Positions 32,980 to 43,404 of a DNA stretch of 64,000 nucleotides are shown here, in pieces. A program made the translations under genes and the position numbers. Source of the DNA: Candidatus Krumholzibacteriia bacterium. Lineage in GTDB: Bacteria > Krumholzibacteriota > Krumholzibacteriia > JAJRXK01. The notes beneath the pieces were generated by a model. It made no database searches, was not told where the DNA came from, and was given only the letters and a program-made list of their open reading frames with translations. The number at the start of each line of letters is the position of its first letter. Position 1 is the stretch's first letter. The stretch lies in assembly GCA_041484665.1 (NCBI GenBank), contig JBGPIA010000001.1, positions 896,001-960,000 of the forward strand, read 5' to 3'.

Positions 32980-33008
32980 CTGACGCGCGCGCGCCCGTGC
33001 GGTATGTT
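32980..33008 (+). promoter_or_regulatory. candidate sigma-70 promoter of the SMR gene
   Basis: CTGACG-N17-TATGTT. Confidence 0.35.
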
Positions 33009-33082
33009 CCAGGGCGAATCTTCGAGCATGCCGCGAAGCACTACGGACGCCCGGTGGAGCGGCCCGTGAGCGGGAGATCGTG

Positions 33083-33409
33083 ATGCACACACGCGCCTGG
33101 ATCCTCTTGATCATCGCTGGCTTGCTCGAAATGGGCTGGGCAATCGGCCTGAAGTACGCGCGCGGCTTCACACGGCCGCTGCCCAGCGTCCTGACGATTC
33201 TCGGCATGGTGGGCAGCATGGTGCTGCTGGCCCGGGCGGTTCAATTCCTCCCCATCGGGACGGCGTACGCGGTGTGGACCGGCATCGGGGCCGCGGGCAC
33301 TGCGCTGCTGGGCATCGCGTTGCTGGGCGAGCCGCGGACGGCATTCCGGCTGGCCTCCATCGCGCTGATCGTCGCCGGAATCGTAGGCTTGAAGATCGGC
33401 GCAAAGTGA
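33083..33409 (+). CDS. sugE: SMR family transporter, SugE/Gdx type
   Basis: [41 protein letters not shown]. Confidence 0.88.
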   Translation: MHTRAWILLIIAGLLEMGWAIGLKYARGFTRPLPSVLTILGMVGSMVLLARAVQFLPIGTAYAVWTGIGAAGTALLGIALLGEPRTAFRLASIALIVAGIVGLKIGAK

Positions 33410-33549
33410 CCAGCGGCCTCGCGACGAGCCGCAAGCCCCGCCTGATTCGCCGCAAGCCCCGGCCCGTGGTCGCGCCCACTTCGCCAGCCGGCGCCATTTT
33501 CTGTATCATATGACGGAATTCCAAGCGATCTTCGTCGCTCTATAGGTTT

Positions 33550-35286
33550 ATGGACCAAGACCAGCTACTCTCACTGGGCCTCTGGCGTGAGGTTTCTCGA
33601 CAGAGGGACATCGCCGAGGCACTGCTGCGGCTGGGTCCGCTCGTCCGCGGGCACATCCCAGCGGACGCCGTGGTCGTGCGCTGGCTCGACCTGGCCCACA
33701 ACCGTCTGGAGGCTGTCGCCCAAGACGGCAACGGACGGCTGCCGGCGCCAACACGCCGGATCGCACTCGCCGAGAAGGACCTCGAGGAGCTCCTCACCTG
33801 GATGCAGCAGGGAAGAGCTGGGGGCAACGCAGCGGACGTCTCGGACCCGTCACTCGCGCACTTGCTCGCAGCGGGCTTCGAGGGCGCGCTGATCTGCGTG
33901 CCGTTGACCGAGGGGGGCCGCCCGCTAGGCGTGCTCGAGCTGCGCGCGGCCGCGGCCCGGGCGTTCACCGCGGCGCACGTCGCCACTGCCACCGAGCTGC
34001 TGGAGCCGTTCTCCGTGGCCCTGCGCCAGGACCGTGAGCTCGCAAAGCTGAACGCCCTGCGCGAGGCCGCCGAGGCCGACAAGCGAGCGCTGCTGCGCCA
34101 CGTGGGACGCGATGATCCCCCCGAGCTGATCATCGGCATCCAGTCGGGCCTCAAGCGTGTGATGGAGAGCGTGGGTCTGGTGGCCGGCTCGGATCTGCCG
34201 GTGCTCATCTATGGAGAGACGGGCTCGGGCAAGGAGCTCGTCGCACGCGCCATCCACGAGCGCTCGCGCCGTGCGGCGGGGCCGTTTCTGCGCGTCAACT
34301 GCGGCGCGATCCCGCCGGAGCTGATCGACTCCGAGCTGTTCGGCCACGAGAAAGGCAGCTTCACCGGAGCCGCGGATCAGCGGAAGGGCTGGTTCGAGCG
34401 CGCTGACCGCGGGACGCTCTTGCTCGACGAGGTCGGCGAGCTGGCCCCGCCGGCGCAAGTGCGGCTGCTGCGCGTGCTGCAGGACGGCTCGTTCCAGCGC
34501 GTCGGCGGGCAGAAGACGGTGCAGGCGGACGTGCGCATCGTCGCCGCGACCCACCGCGACCTGCGGTCCATGGTGCCCGACGGCCGCTTCCGTGCCGATC
34601 TCTGGTACCGCATCGCCGTATTTCCCGTCGACCTGCCCCCGTTGCGCGACCGGCCGCAGGACGTCCCCGCGCTCGCGCAGCACTTTGCCGAGCGCGCGGC
34701 GGTACGCTTCGGCCTGCCATCCCCGCGGCTCTCCTGGGAAGACACCCGGGCGCTCTTGTCATACGCCTGGCCCGGCAACGTGCGGGAACTGGCGTCGGTC
34801 ATGGACCGCGCGGTGTTGCTGGGCAAGGGAGTGCGAGTGGACGTGGCGGGCGCCCTGGGCACCCCGCTGGCCATGGACGCGGGCCGTCCCTTGGCCGGCG
34901 CGAGCGCTGGCGCGGCCTCCGGTGCAGGGACGGGCGTCGATTCGGGCGCGGGGGCCAAAGCCGGCTCCAGCATCGGCGACGGCATCGCTGCTGCAGCAGG
35001 CACCGGATCCGGCAGCGGGCCCGGCCGGGGCGCGCCGCGGTCGCTGCCACCGCCGGCGATCGCCGCGCCGTCGTTCTTTGCAGTCGAGCCCATCACCACG
35101 CTGCAGGAGGTCGTGCGCTCGCACATCGAGCGTGCGCTGCTCCAGACGCACGGCCGGATCGAAGGGCCGTTTGGCGCCGCACGGCTCTTGGGCGTCAACC
35201 CCGCCACACTGCGCGCTCGGATGCGCAAGCTGAAGATCGATCGCCGGGCGTTCCGACGACCCGCAGAGCCCGGCGCAGCCCGATGA
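33550..35286 (+). CDS. sigma-54-dependent activator (GAF-like + AAA+ + Fis HTH), FhlA/HyfR-like
   Basis: GETGSGKE, ELFGHEKGSFTGA, LLLDEVGE, WPGNVREL, GRIEGPFGAARLLGVNPATLRARMRKL. Confidence 0.92.
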   Translation: MDQDQLLSLGLWREVSRQRDIAEALLRLGPLVRGHIPADAVVVRWLDLAHNRLEAVAQDGNGRLPAPTRRIALAEKDLEELLTWMQQGRAGGNAADVSDPSLAHLLAAGFEGALICVPLTEGGRPLGVLELRAAAARAFTAAHVATATELLEPFSVALRQDRELAKLNALREAAEADKRALLRHVGRDDPPELIIGIQSGLKRVMESVGLVAGSDLPVLIYGETGSGKELVARAIHERSRRAAGPFLRVNCGAIPPELIDSELFGHEKGSFTGAADQRKGWFERADRGTLLLDEVGELAPPAQVRLLRVLQDGSFQRVGGQKTVQADVRIVAATHRDLRSMVPDGRFRADLWYRIAVFPVDLPPLRDRPQDVPALAQHFAERAAVRFGLPSPRLSWEDTRALLSYAWPGNVRELASVMDRAVLLGKGVRVDVAGALGTPLAMDAGRPLAGASAGAASGAGTGVDSGAGAKAGSSIGDGIAAAAGTGSGSGPGRGAPRSLPPPAIAAPSFFAVEPITTLQEVVRSHIERALLQTHGRIEGPFGAARLLGVNPATLRARMRKLKIDRRAFRRPAEPGAAR

Positions 35287-35358
35287 TCGTGCCGCAAGCG
35301 GGTTGTCGGCGAGCAGCTCCGCGAGCAGCCTCCCCGCGCCCGACGACAGTGCCGTGCG

Positions 35359-35937
35359 TCAGGTCGTGATCTTCGTCCCCAACACCTTCAGGAACTGACC
35401 CAACCACTGCGGATGGGCGGGCCAGGCCGGCGCGGTCACGAGGTTGCCGTCGGTCACGGCGCCGTCGATCGGGATGTCGGCGTACTCGCCGCCCGCCGCC
35501 CGCACCTCGGGAGCCACGGCAGGATAGGCCGACACCTTGCGGCCCTTCACTACGTTCGCCGCGGTGAGCACCTGGGCGCCGTGGCACACGGCGGCGATTG
35601 GCTTGTTGCCGCTGGCGAAGTGCTTCACGGTCTCGATCACCTCGGCCTTGAGGCGAATGTACTCGGGCGCCCGGCCACCGGCGATCACGAGGGCATCGTA
35701 GTCCTGGGGTCGGATCTCGGAGAACGTCGCGTTGAGAGTGAAGTCGTGCCCGCGCTTCTCGCTGTAAGTCTGATCGCCCTCGAAGTCGTGGACGGCCGTG
35801 CGGATCTTCTCACCCTTCTGCTTGCCCGGGCAGACGGCGTGCACCGTGTGGCCGACCATCTGCAGGGCTTGGAACGGGACCATGATCTCGTAGTCCTCAC
35901 CGTAGTCGCCCACGAGCAGGAGGATCTTCTTCGCCAT
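35359..35937 (-). CDS. DJ-1/PfpI family protein
   Basis: [18 protein letters not shown] nucleophile elbow. Confidence 0.92.
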   Translation of the reverse strand: MAKKILLLVGDYGEDYEIMVPFQALQMVGHTVHAVCPGKQKGEKIRTAVHDFEGDQTYSEKRGHDFTLNATFSEIRPQDYDALVIAGGRAPEYIRLKAEVIETVKHFASGNKPIAAVCHGAQVLTAANVVKGRKVSAYPAVAPEVRAAGGEYADIPIDGAVTDGNLVTAPAWPAHPQWLGQFLKVLGTKITT

Positions 35938-36064
35938 GGCTGACCTCCGGAATGGACCCGGTCGCGCGGTGGGGTACGGCCAAAGCCGGTGGGCCGCGGG
36001 CGGGTCGCGGTTCGCGATGGGTGTTGAAATGCTGCAAGCAGGCTAGTCGCGCCGCCGCGCAGCG

Positions 36065-36577
36065 TCAATCCGGGCGTCCGGGCGGGATCGGCTCCCGCGT
36101 CCAGAACACGAAATCGGTGACGGGGGGCTCGCTGCCCAGCGAGCGCAGCAGCGCGGCAATCTGGCCGCGGTGGTACCAGGAGTGCCCGAAGAGCTGGGTC
36201 AGGATGTCCTCGATCGTGTTCCGGAACCACTGGCCCTCGTAGCTACGGTACTCGAACACGCGCGCAATCTCGCGCTCGTCGAGGCGCCCTAGATACATCA
36301 GCCAGGCGGCCTGCGCCTCGGCGACGCCCCGCGCGAGCTCGGACAAGCCCAGGCCTTCGGGGAAGAACTCGCGCGGGAGCTCCTTGCCGACGCCGAACCG
36401 GAACAGCCACATCTGCCGCGCGGCGGCGATGTGGGCCATGAGCGAGACTGCCTTCTGGAACGCCGGCGTAGATCGCTGCGCGGCGGGGACCGCTTCCAGC
36501 GACGCGAGCACCTTGGCGTGGCTGTCGCACTCGTACTCGAACCAGCGGCGGTAACGATCGGCCAGGGCCTGGGCCAT
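36065..36577 (-). CDS. DinB family protein
   Basis: MAHIAAA...W and HSWYHRGQI His triad; RBS GGAGA. Confidence 0.88.
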   Translation of the reverse strand: MAQALADRYRRWFEYECDSHAKVLASLEAVPAAQRSTPAFQKAVSLMAHIAAARQMWLFRFGVGKELPREFFPEGLGLSELARGVAEAQAAWLMYLGRLDEREIARVFEYRSYEGQWFRNTIEDILTQLFGHSWYHRGQIAALLRSLGSEPPVTDFVFWTREPIPPGRPD

Positions 36578-36884
36578 GCTTGATCTCTCCCGCGTCGGAT
36601 GACGGGCCGTGCCGGCGGTTGGCCGGCGGCGGAGCCGATGCGAGTGTCCTGTACCCTTCCCATCCTGACAATGCGGATCCGCTTGCGTGTGATCTCCGCA
36701 AATCAACGCTCCACGCGGTCCAACCACGCGGAGCTCGTCGTCGTCACCCTCTCACCCACCCCGACGCGCAGCGTTCGTGCGGGTGAGTCCGTACGATGGA
36801 TGCGATCACCTCACCGTGCCCCTCCAGCGGCGGATCGAGGGCTCCGTGTGCGGGATTCCGGGCGCGCTGCTACACTTCCCGCCC

Positions 36885-38531
36885 ATGATCTCGCTCAGCA
36901 ACGTCAGCAAGCAGTACGGCCGCCAAATCCTCTTCGTGGAGAGCTCGTTCCAGCTCAATCCAGGGGAGAAGGTGGGCCTGGTGGGTCCCAACGGGGCTGG
37001 CAAGACAACCCTTCTCCGGATGATCGCGGGACAGGAGTCTCCCGACGAGGGCACCGTCTCGGTGCCCAAGCGGCTGAGCATCGGCTACTTCCGACAGGAC
37101 ATCGCGGAAATGTCGGGGCGCTCCGTCCTCGACGAGACCATCGCGGGCAGCGGCACACTCGGCGAGCTTCACCACGAGCTCGAGGAGCTCCAGCACGCCA
37201 TGGCCGACCCCGATCGGGCCGACGAGATGGACGCCATCCTCGCGCGTTTCGGCGAGGTGCTCGGCGCCTACCAGCACCAGGGCGGTTACGATCTCGAGGC
37301 ACGAGCGCGAGAGATCCTGCAGGGCCTCGGCTTCGACGACGATCAGATCCGCTCAGACGTGGGGATGCTCTCGGGCGGCTGGAAAATGCGGGTCGGCATG
37401 GCGCGCGTGCTGCTCGGCCGGCCCGATGCCCTGCTGTTGGACGAGCCCACCAACCATCTCGACATCGAGTCGATCCTCTGGCTCGAACAGTTCATCAGCG
37501 ACTATCCCGGCGCGGTCCTGATGACCTGCCACGACAAAGACTTCATGAACCGCATCGTGGGCCGCATCCTCGAGATCGACGCTGGCGAGCTCACCTGCCA
37601 CACCGGAAACTACGACGACTACTTGCGGGCACACAGCTTGGCCGAGGCCAACCGCGAGGCGGCCTACGTGCGCCAGCAGGCCATGCTGGCGAAGGAGCGC
37701 CGCTTCATCGAGCGATTCGCGACGCATGCGGCGAAGGCGGCCCAGGTGCAGAGCCGGGTGAAGAAGCTCGACAAGATCGACGTGGTGGAGCCCCCCCGTC
37801 AGCGGAGGGTCGTCCAGTTCAATTTCCGCTCGCCGCCGCGCTCGGGCGAGGACGTGGTCGAATTGAAGGGCGTGAGCAAGAGCTACGGTCCGCGGGTGAT
37901 CTACGCCAGTTTCGATTTCGTCGTCCGCCGCCAAGAGCGCTGGTGCGTGATGGGGCGCAACGGCGCCGGCAAAACGACTCTGCTCAAGCTGGTGGCCGGC
38001 GTTCTGGCTCCGGACGCGGGTACCGTGCGTTTGGGCGCTGCGCTCAAGGTAGGCTACTTCGCCCAGCAGTCGCTCGAGCTGCTCGATCCGACGCTCACCG
38101 TCTTCGAGCAGCTGCAGAGCGCATTCCCGACCGAAGGGCAGGGCGTGCTGCGCAATCTGCTGGGCGCATTCCAGTTCTCGGGCAGCGACGTCGACAAACC
38201 CGTGCGCGTGCTCTCAGGCGGCGAGAAGTCACGTCTGGTGCTCGCGCAGATGCTGTTCGACCCGCCGAACTTCCTCATCCTTGACGAGCCCACCAACCAT
38301 CTCGACCTGGAGACGAAGGAGATGCTCGTGGCCGCGCTGAAGGACTTCGAGGGCACGATGCTCTTCGTCAGCCACGATCGCATGTTTCTGCGCGGACTCA
38401 GCACTCGCGTCCTGGAGCTGCGCCCCGGCGACGGGAATGGAAGCCCGGCGCAGCCGCCCCTGATTTACGACGGCTCGTACGTCGAGTTCGTGGCGCGCAC
38501 GGGGAGCGAGGCCTCGGGGGTCCATCGATAG
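36885..38531 (+). CDS. ABC-F family ATPase
   Basis: Two ABC domains (GPNGAGKT, LSGGW, DEPTNHLD; GRNGAGKT, LSGGE, DEPTNHLD); no TM segments. Confidence 0.93.
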   Translation: MISLSNVSKQYGRQILFVESSFQLNPGEKVGLVGPNGAGKTTLLRMIAGQESPDEGTVSVPKRLSIGYFRQDIAEMSGRSVLDETIAGSGTLGELHHELEELQHAMADPDRADEMDAILARFGEVLGAYQHQGGYDLEARAREILQGLGFDDDQIRSDVGMLSGGWKMRVGMARVLLGRPDALLLDEPTNHLDIESILWLEQFISDYPGAVLMTCHDKDFMNRIVGRILEIDAGELTCHTGNYDDYLRAHSLAEANREAAYVRQQAMLAKERRFIERFATHAAKAAQVQSRVKKLDKIDVVEPPRQRRVVQFNFRSPPRSGEDVVELKGVSKSYGPRVIYASFDFVVRRQERWCVMGRNGAGKTTLLKLVAGVLAPDAGTVRLGAALKVGYFAQQSLELLDPTLTVFEQLQSAFPTEGQGVLRNLLGAFQFSGSDVDKPVRVLSGGEKSRLVLAQMLFDPPNFLILDEPTNHLDLETKEMLVAALKDFEGTMLFVSHDRMFLRGLSTRVLELRPGDGNGSPAQPPLIYDGSYVEFVARTGSEASGVHR

Positions 38532-38648
38532 CGACCGGCCGTGGTTGGCCTTGTCAGCGGCGTAGAGCTCGTTGCGAAGCGTAGTCCGACCCGCATCGAG
38601 CGCCATGCCGACGTGGGCCGGGGCGGACGACGAGCAGTAGCGTCTCGG

Positions 38649-40064
38649 TCATCGATCGATCGGTACCGCATCCGGAGCCGCACGCCAGACGGAGCCGGGA
38701 TCCGAGGTGTCCCAACGCGCGCCCGCCCCGCTGCCCGCGCCGCGGGCGATCCATCCCGGACGGGACGGCGGGACGACGAAGCTGCGCGCCCGCTCGGTGC
38801 GGCCGACCTCGTCGCGGCCGGCAAAGGCCTGGACGATCCAGAGGTACACCCCCGGATCGGAGACCAGCCCATCGGGGGGATTCGTTCTCGGGTCGCTGAA
38901 CGGCCCGCCCTGCACTGCGGTGCCATCCGGCCGTTGCACCGTGGTGAAGTAGGTGAGGGCGTGCGGCGCCGCGTCCCAGGACAAGGTCAGCGGAACGGCG
39001 ACGATCGCGCCGTCCAGCGGCGAGAGCGTGGTAATGGCGCGCACCACGATGATGTCACCGACATCGGCCACTCCACCCGCGGCGATCTCGGCGGAGGGTC
39101 CGTACTGCCCCAGCCAGCCGTCATCGCGCGGGTAGGCCGCCATGATCTTGAAGAAGCCCGCCGGCTCGCCCTCGATCCGGAAGCGGCCCAGCTCATCGCT
39201 CACCCCGACTGCATTCTGCAGGATCACCTCGGGCAACGCCCGGGCAGCGCCGGGCTTGACCGGTCCAGCATTCGCGCTGAGACCCTCCACGCGCGTCCAT
39301 TCCAGTCCCACCCGCAGACCTGGCACGGGCCCTCCATCGAGATCGACGAGACGTCCCGTGACGACGCCCTGATCGCGGCCGGGCTCCAGGGCGACGAGCA
39401 GCGTGTCAAGCAGCTCGACCTCCGACGTGAATCCGGGGTGGCTGTAACCACGGTAACCGGGCGCTGAGATCAGCAGCTCCGGCGAGCGGATCTCCCCCTG
39501 CGGCCCCGCGAAGAACCAGACCGGCCAGAGGCGGAAGATGCCGCGCCGGTCGGTCACTTGGTTGAGCGTGCCCGTCTGCCCGTCCAGCTCGGAGAACAGG
39601 CTGCCGCGATTGGAGAGGGGAGGGCCGGCCGAGGACCCCAGATCGACCATGGCGCGGGCGATCGGGAGTCCCGTCGACGGGTCGAACACGCGGCCCACCA
39701 GCGCAGGGCCTTGGTCGATCGGATAGCGAACCATCGGCAGGGTGACGGACACGCCGTGACCGCGCTGCACTTCGACCGCCGCCTGCGGCAGATGGAAGAG
39801 GCGGCGCTGGAAGTCGTAGACGACCGGCACGTACCTGTCGGGCACGAGATTCTCGATGGCGAACCGGCCGAGCGAATCGGTACTCGTCAGCGCGACGACC
39901 ACGAGCTGCCGAGCGTCCAGCAGCGCCACGGTCAACGGTCCATACCCCACCCCGTCTTCCAGGCGTACCGTCTGGCCGGTCAGCGTGCCCAGCCGAGGCT
40001 CCTGCTCGTCCTCGTCGCAACCGACGATCGAAAGCACGAGGGTCAACGCCGCCGAACACGCCAT
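38649..40064 (-). CDS. putative lipoprotein with carboxypeptidase-regulatory-like beta-sandwich repeats
   Basis: Lipobox-like SIVG-C; repeated TDxxGRF motifs and GRVFDPSTGLPI; start uncertain. Confidence 0.7.
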   Translation of the reverse strand: MACSAALTLVLSIVGCDEDEQEPRLGTLTGQTVRLEDGVGYGPLTVALLDARQLVVVALTSTDSLGRFAIENLVPDRYVPVVYDFQRRLFHLPQAAVEVQRGHGVSVTLPMVRYPIDQGPALVGRVFDPSTGLPIARAMVDLGSSAGPPLSNRGSLFSELDGQTGTLNQVTDRRGIFRLWPVWFFAGPQGEIRSPELLISAPGYRGYSHPGFTSEVELLDTLLVALEPGRDQGVVTGRLVDLDGGPVPGLRVGLEWTRVEGLSANAGPVKPGAARALPEVILQNAVGVSDELGRFRIEGEPAGFFKIMAAYPRDDGWLGQYGPSAEIAAGGVADVGDIIVVRAITTLSPLDGAIVAVPLTLSWDAAPHALTYFTTVQRPDGTAVQGGPFSDPRTNPPDGLVSDPGVYLWIVQAFAGRDEVGRTERARSFVVPPSRPGWIARGAGSGAGARWDTSDPGSVWRAAPDAVPIDR

Positions 40065-40783
40065 CAGGCAGGCGGCCCGGTCCACACAGCGCCGCGCTCC
40101 GGTCGGGTGGGCAGTCCGCATAGCCCAATCAGCATGCGCCCGGACCGGGAAAACCGTCAATGGAGCCCGCTTTGGGGCGGAACCCGGCGTTGACTGCCAC
40201 CGGCGCGGGAACGCACTGCGCGCAGCCCGCGATTGCAGCCACGGACGCTTGTCCTGAAGGAGATTGCCGTGTGACGCAGTGCGGCGGGCGGTCGCCCGAT
40301 GGCCAGGATTCTCGTGTAGGGACTGGGTTCAGCCGGGGGAGCGTGCCAACTCCGCGCGTCAAACAGTGGGTCGTGCACTCGTGGCGCGCCGCCGGGGAAA
40401 GGAGCGGCGGCGGTAACGCTGCCCATGCCTCGCGTCAGCCGGCCCCGCCCGGATGCTCGCCCTGCTTCCCGCGCGGGCGCGCATCGTGCCGTTCCTCCCG
40501 GCGGTCGGGCGAGCGCTTCGCAGGGCGTTCGCGGAGGAGGGTCTCCCGCCGGACAACCCTGGGACCGGTGGCGACTCCCAGCACCAGCGCTCCAACACGA
40601 TCGCCCGGTGGGGTCGGCAACTCGCCGCGACCGATCTCGGCCCCAGCCGGGCAGCCATCCGTTCCAGCCTCGAACTCCGGGGCGCCGCTGGTTGACGCGG
40701 ACTCCGCTCTCGGACGAGGGCGGGGCTTCCTTAGATGCTCGAATTCGCAGGGTTTGCGCGTACGCCCGCGATGCGTGTTCTGT

Positions 40784-40827
40784 TGTCGAGTAGCCCCGGC
40801 CCGGAAACCGGCCGGGGCTACTCGACA
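40784..40827. repeat. perfect 18-bp inverted repeat (hairpin) in intergenic DNA
   Basis: TGTCGAGTAGCCCCGGCC-N8-GGCCGGGGCTACTCGACA; no U-tract on either side. Confidence 0.85.
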
Positions 40828-41231
40828 GTGAGACGCGCGAGCGGCACGTAGCAGCTCCTCACAAGCGGGCCGCATGACCACCGCGCGCGCCGGAGTGCTC
40901 ATCGTGTGGGCGATCAGGTTGCTGTCGGCGCCGTTTGAAGCGCACGGCCCCCGACAGCTCGCCGAACGCCACGCTGGAGCACCGAGAACAGTGGGGCCCG
41001 CCCCGCGCTCAGGTACGTCCGCTGTGAAATACCTGCCGACCGATCTGGGCGCCAAATCACCCGCGTTGCCGCTAGAGACTGTCAATCTGGTGGGATGTCG
41101 CCACCACGCTGGTGGCTAGTCGCCACTTCATCTCATCTATCCACAAACGCGCTCTCATCGCTTCGCCCTGTCCAATTGCCGCTCGCAGCGCAGAACGCTA
41201 AGAGCCGTGCGTCGCGTAGAGGCGTTGCGAC

Positions 41232-41972
41232 TTACACTTCGGCCGGCGGCAGCGTGGCCAGCACCTCGCGAGCTCTGGGAGGATTGGGGACCGGCTCGTC
41301 CTTGCGAATGGTACCGTCGTGAAAGGCGATATTTCGCTTGGCGAACTGGGCGATCTCGGGCTCGTGGGTGACCATGATGACCGTCAAGCCCGCGTCGTTC
41401 AGGTGTTGGAAAACCTCCATGATCTCGATCGACGTACGGCTGTCCAGGTTGCCCGTGGGCTCGTCGGCCAGGAGGATCGACGGGCGATTAACGAGCGCGC
41501 GCGCGATGGCGACCCGCTGTTGCTGCCCGCCGGACATCTGCGAAGGAAAGTGCTGCGCTCGATCAGCGAGCCCTACCATCCCGAGCGCCTCCGTGGCTCG
41601 CTTCCTGCGCTCGCTCGCGTCGATGGGCGTGTAGAGCGTCGGCAGCTCCGCGTTCTCGAGCGCGGTCGTGCGCGGCAGCAGATTGAACCCCTGGAACACG
41701 AACCCCAACTTCTGGTTGCGGATTCTCGCAAGCGTCTTCTTGTCGAGCTGAGACACGTCGGTGCCCTCCAGCAAGTATCGCCCGGAGCTGGGACGGTCAA
41801 GACAGCCCAACATGTTCATGAAGGTCGACTTGCCGCTGCCGCTGGCACCTCGGATGGCCACGAACTCGCCGGCTTCGATCTCGAGGCTCACGCCTCGCAG
41901 CGCATGCACGCGTGTCTCGCCCAGCGCGTAATATCTGTGGACGTTCTCCACGCCTATGATCATTTGGATCAT
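41232..41972 (-). CDS. ABC transporter ATP-binding protein (MacB/LolD type)
   Basis: GASGSGKST, GFVFQGFNLL, MSGGQQQRVAIARAL, LADEPTGNLD, VTHE. Confidence 0.92.
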   Translation of the reverse strand: MIQMIIGVENVHRYYALGETRVHALRGVSLEIEAGEFVAIRGASGSGKSTFMNMLGCLDRPSSGRYLLEGTDVSQLDKKTLARIRNQKLGFVFQGFNLLPRTTALENAELPTLYTPIDASERRKRATEALGMVGLADRAQHFPSQMSGGQQQRVAIARALVNRPSILLADEPTGNLDSRTSIEIMEVFQHLNDAGLTVIMVTHEPEIAQFAKRNIAFHDGTIRKDEPVPNPPRAREVLATLPPAEV

Positions 41973-42006
41973 GCCGACGGTCCCGGCAGCATGGGATTCC
42001 CAGGCT

Positions 42007-43380
42007 TTATCGCCGAGCTCCTGGAGTTCCAGGAGCTCCCGGGCCTCCTGGAATGGGCGACCCGACCAAGATCGAGCGCGAGACGACCTGGTCGCCTTCA
42101 TTCAGCTCGCCCTTCAGGAACCCCCTTACCTCCGTGAACGCGTGGTCGGTGATTCCGAGTACGAGCTCGACCGGCTCGATCGAATTGTCGGCATGCAGCT
42201 TCCAAATGATGGCAGTGTCCGATTGCGTCTCCCGCTGTGCCTTCGCGCCCGCGGCTTCGGGCTGCGCGCCACGATCGCGCCCGGAGGTCCCATGGTGCGT
42301 CGCCGCCTCGGCATCCGCAAACCCGTAGCTCCCCGGCTTCCCCTCCTCGATCCCATATTTCTCGTAGAGCATGCGGATCTCCTCGGGTGCCATCAGCGGC
42401 CTGTAGTGCAGGGCGCTATTCGGCAACTTGAGGGCGTTTTGCACGCTAGCCACCGGGATGGTGACATAGGCTGTCATCCCGGGAAAGAGTTTCGCTTCCG
42501 GATTCGCGAAGTCGATGATCACGTCGTACGTGACCACATTCTGCACCATGGTGGCGTTCATGCGGATCTGGCTGACTGCGCCATGGAATGTTTCCTTGGG
42601 AAACGCGTCCACCTTGAATGTGACCTCCTGCGCCGCTCGGATGCGCCCGATGTCGGACTCGTCGGTCTTGGCATAAAGCTGCATCCGGGTGAGATCCTGC
42701 GCGATCGTAAAAATGGTCGGAGCCTGCAACGACGCGGCTACAGTCTGCCCGACATCGACGTTGCGCGCCACGACGACTCCGTCGATCGGGGAACGAATGA
42801 CCGTGTGTTCGAGGTTGATTCGGGCGACCGAGACCGCCGCTTGCTTCTGGGCAATCTGCGCCCTGGCTTGGACGACCGCTGCAGCCGCCGCGCTGACCGA
42901 GGCGCTCGCCTGATCCTGATTGGCCTTGGCGAGTTCCACTGTTTGCTGATTCTCGAGACCCTGTTCCACGAGAGCGCGGGTGCGCTCGTAGGCGGCCTTG
43001 GTCTCCACCACGGTCGCGTTCGCCTTGTCCAAGTTGGCCTCCGCCGCGGCGAGATTCGCCTTGGCGCCTTCCAAGTCGGCGGTCGTCTGAAGGAGGGCGC
43101 CGCGGAACAGCGAGGGGTCGATCAGCGCGATCACGCCTCCGTGATGGACCCGAGAGTTGAAGTCCGCATCGAGCCTCGAGATCGTGCCGGACACCTGAGA
43201 TCCAACTTGCACCGTCGTAACCGCATTTACCGTCCCGGTGACGTCCACGACGTCACGGATCTCGCCCCGTTCTACCCTTGCGGTGAAGTGTTCGAGTTGA
43301 CTCTTGCGATGGAGGCGCAATGCTGCGAAGAGCCCAGTCAGAGCGGCGAGGCCCAGCAGGACGAGCCACTTCCTTCTCAT
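42007..43380 (-). CDS. MacA-like periplasmic adaptor subunit
   Basis: VQVGSQVSG, coiled-coil hairpin, IRSPIDGVV, GQTVAASLQAP, LFPGMTA. Confidence 0.9.
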   Translation of the reverse strand: MRRKWLVLLGLAALTGLFAALRLHRKSQLEHFTARVERGEIRDVVDVTGTVNAVTTVQVGSQVSGTISRLDADFNSRVHHGGVIALIDPSLFRGALLQTTADLEGAKANLAAAEANLDKANATVVETKAAYERTRALVEQGLENQQTVELAKANQDQASASVSAAAAAVVQARAQIAQKQAAVSVARINLEHTVIRSPIDGVVVARNVDVGQTVAASLQAPTIFTIAQDLTRMQLYAKTDESDIGRIRAAQEVTFKVDAFPKETFHGAVSQIRMNATMVQNVVTYDVIIDFANPEAKLFPGMTAYVTIPVASVQNALKLPNSALHYRPLMAPEEIRMLYEKYGIEEGKPGSYGFADAEAATHHGTSGRDRGAQPEAAGAKAQRETQSDTAIIWKLHADNSIEPVELVLGITDHAFTEVRGFLKGELNEGDQVVSRSILVGSPIPGGPGAPGTPGARR

Positions 43381-43404
43381 ACCGTCCCCAGAGCTACCAG
43401 GCTC

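Noticed and set aside
33010..33082. Guanidine riboswitch upstream of sugE/gdx
   Set aside because: No twin ACGR-loop hairpins or other class consensus recognisable; only a single GG-ACGC-CC.
40784..40827. Intrinsic terminator
   Set aside because: No poly-U on either strand and far from gene ends; kept only as an unexplained hairpin.
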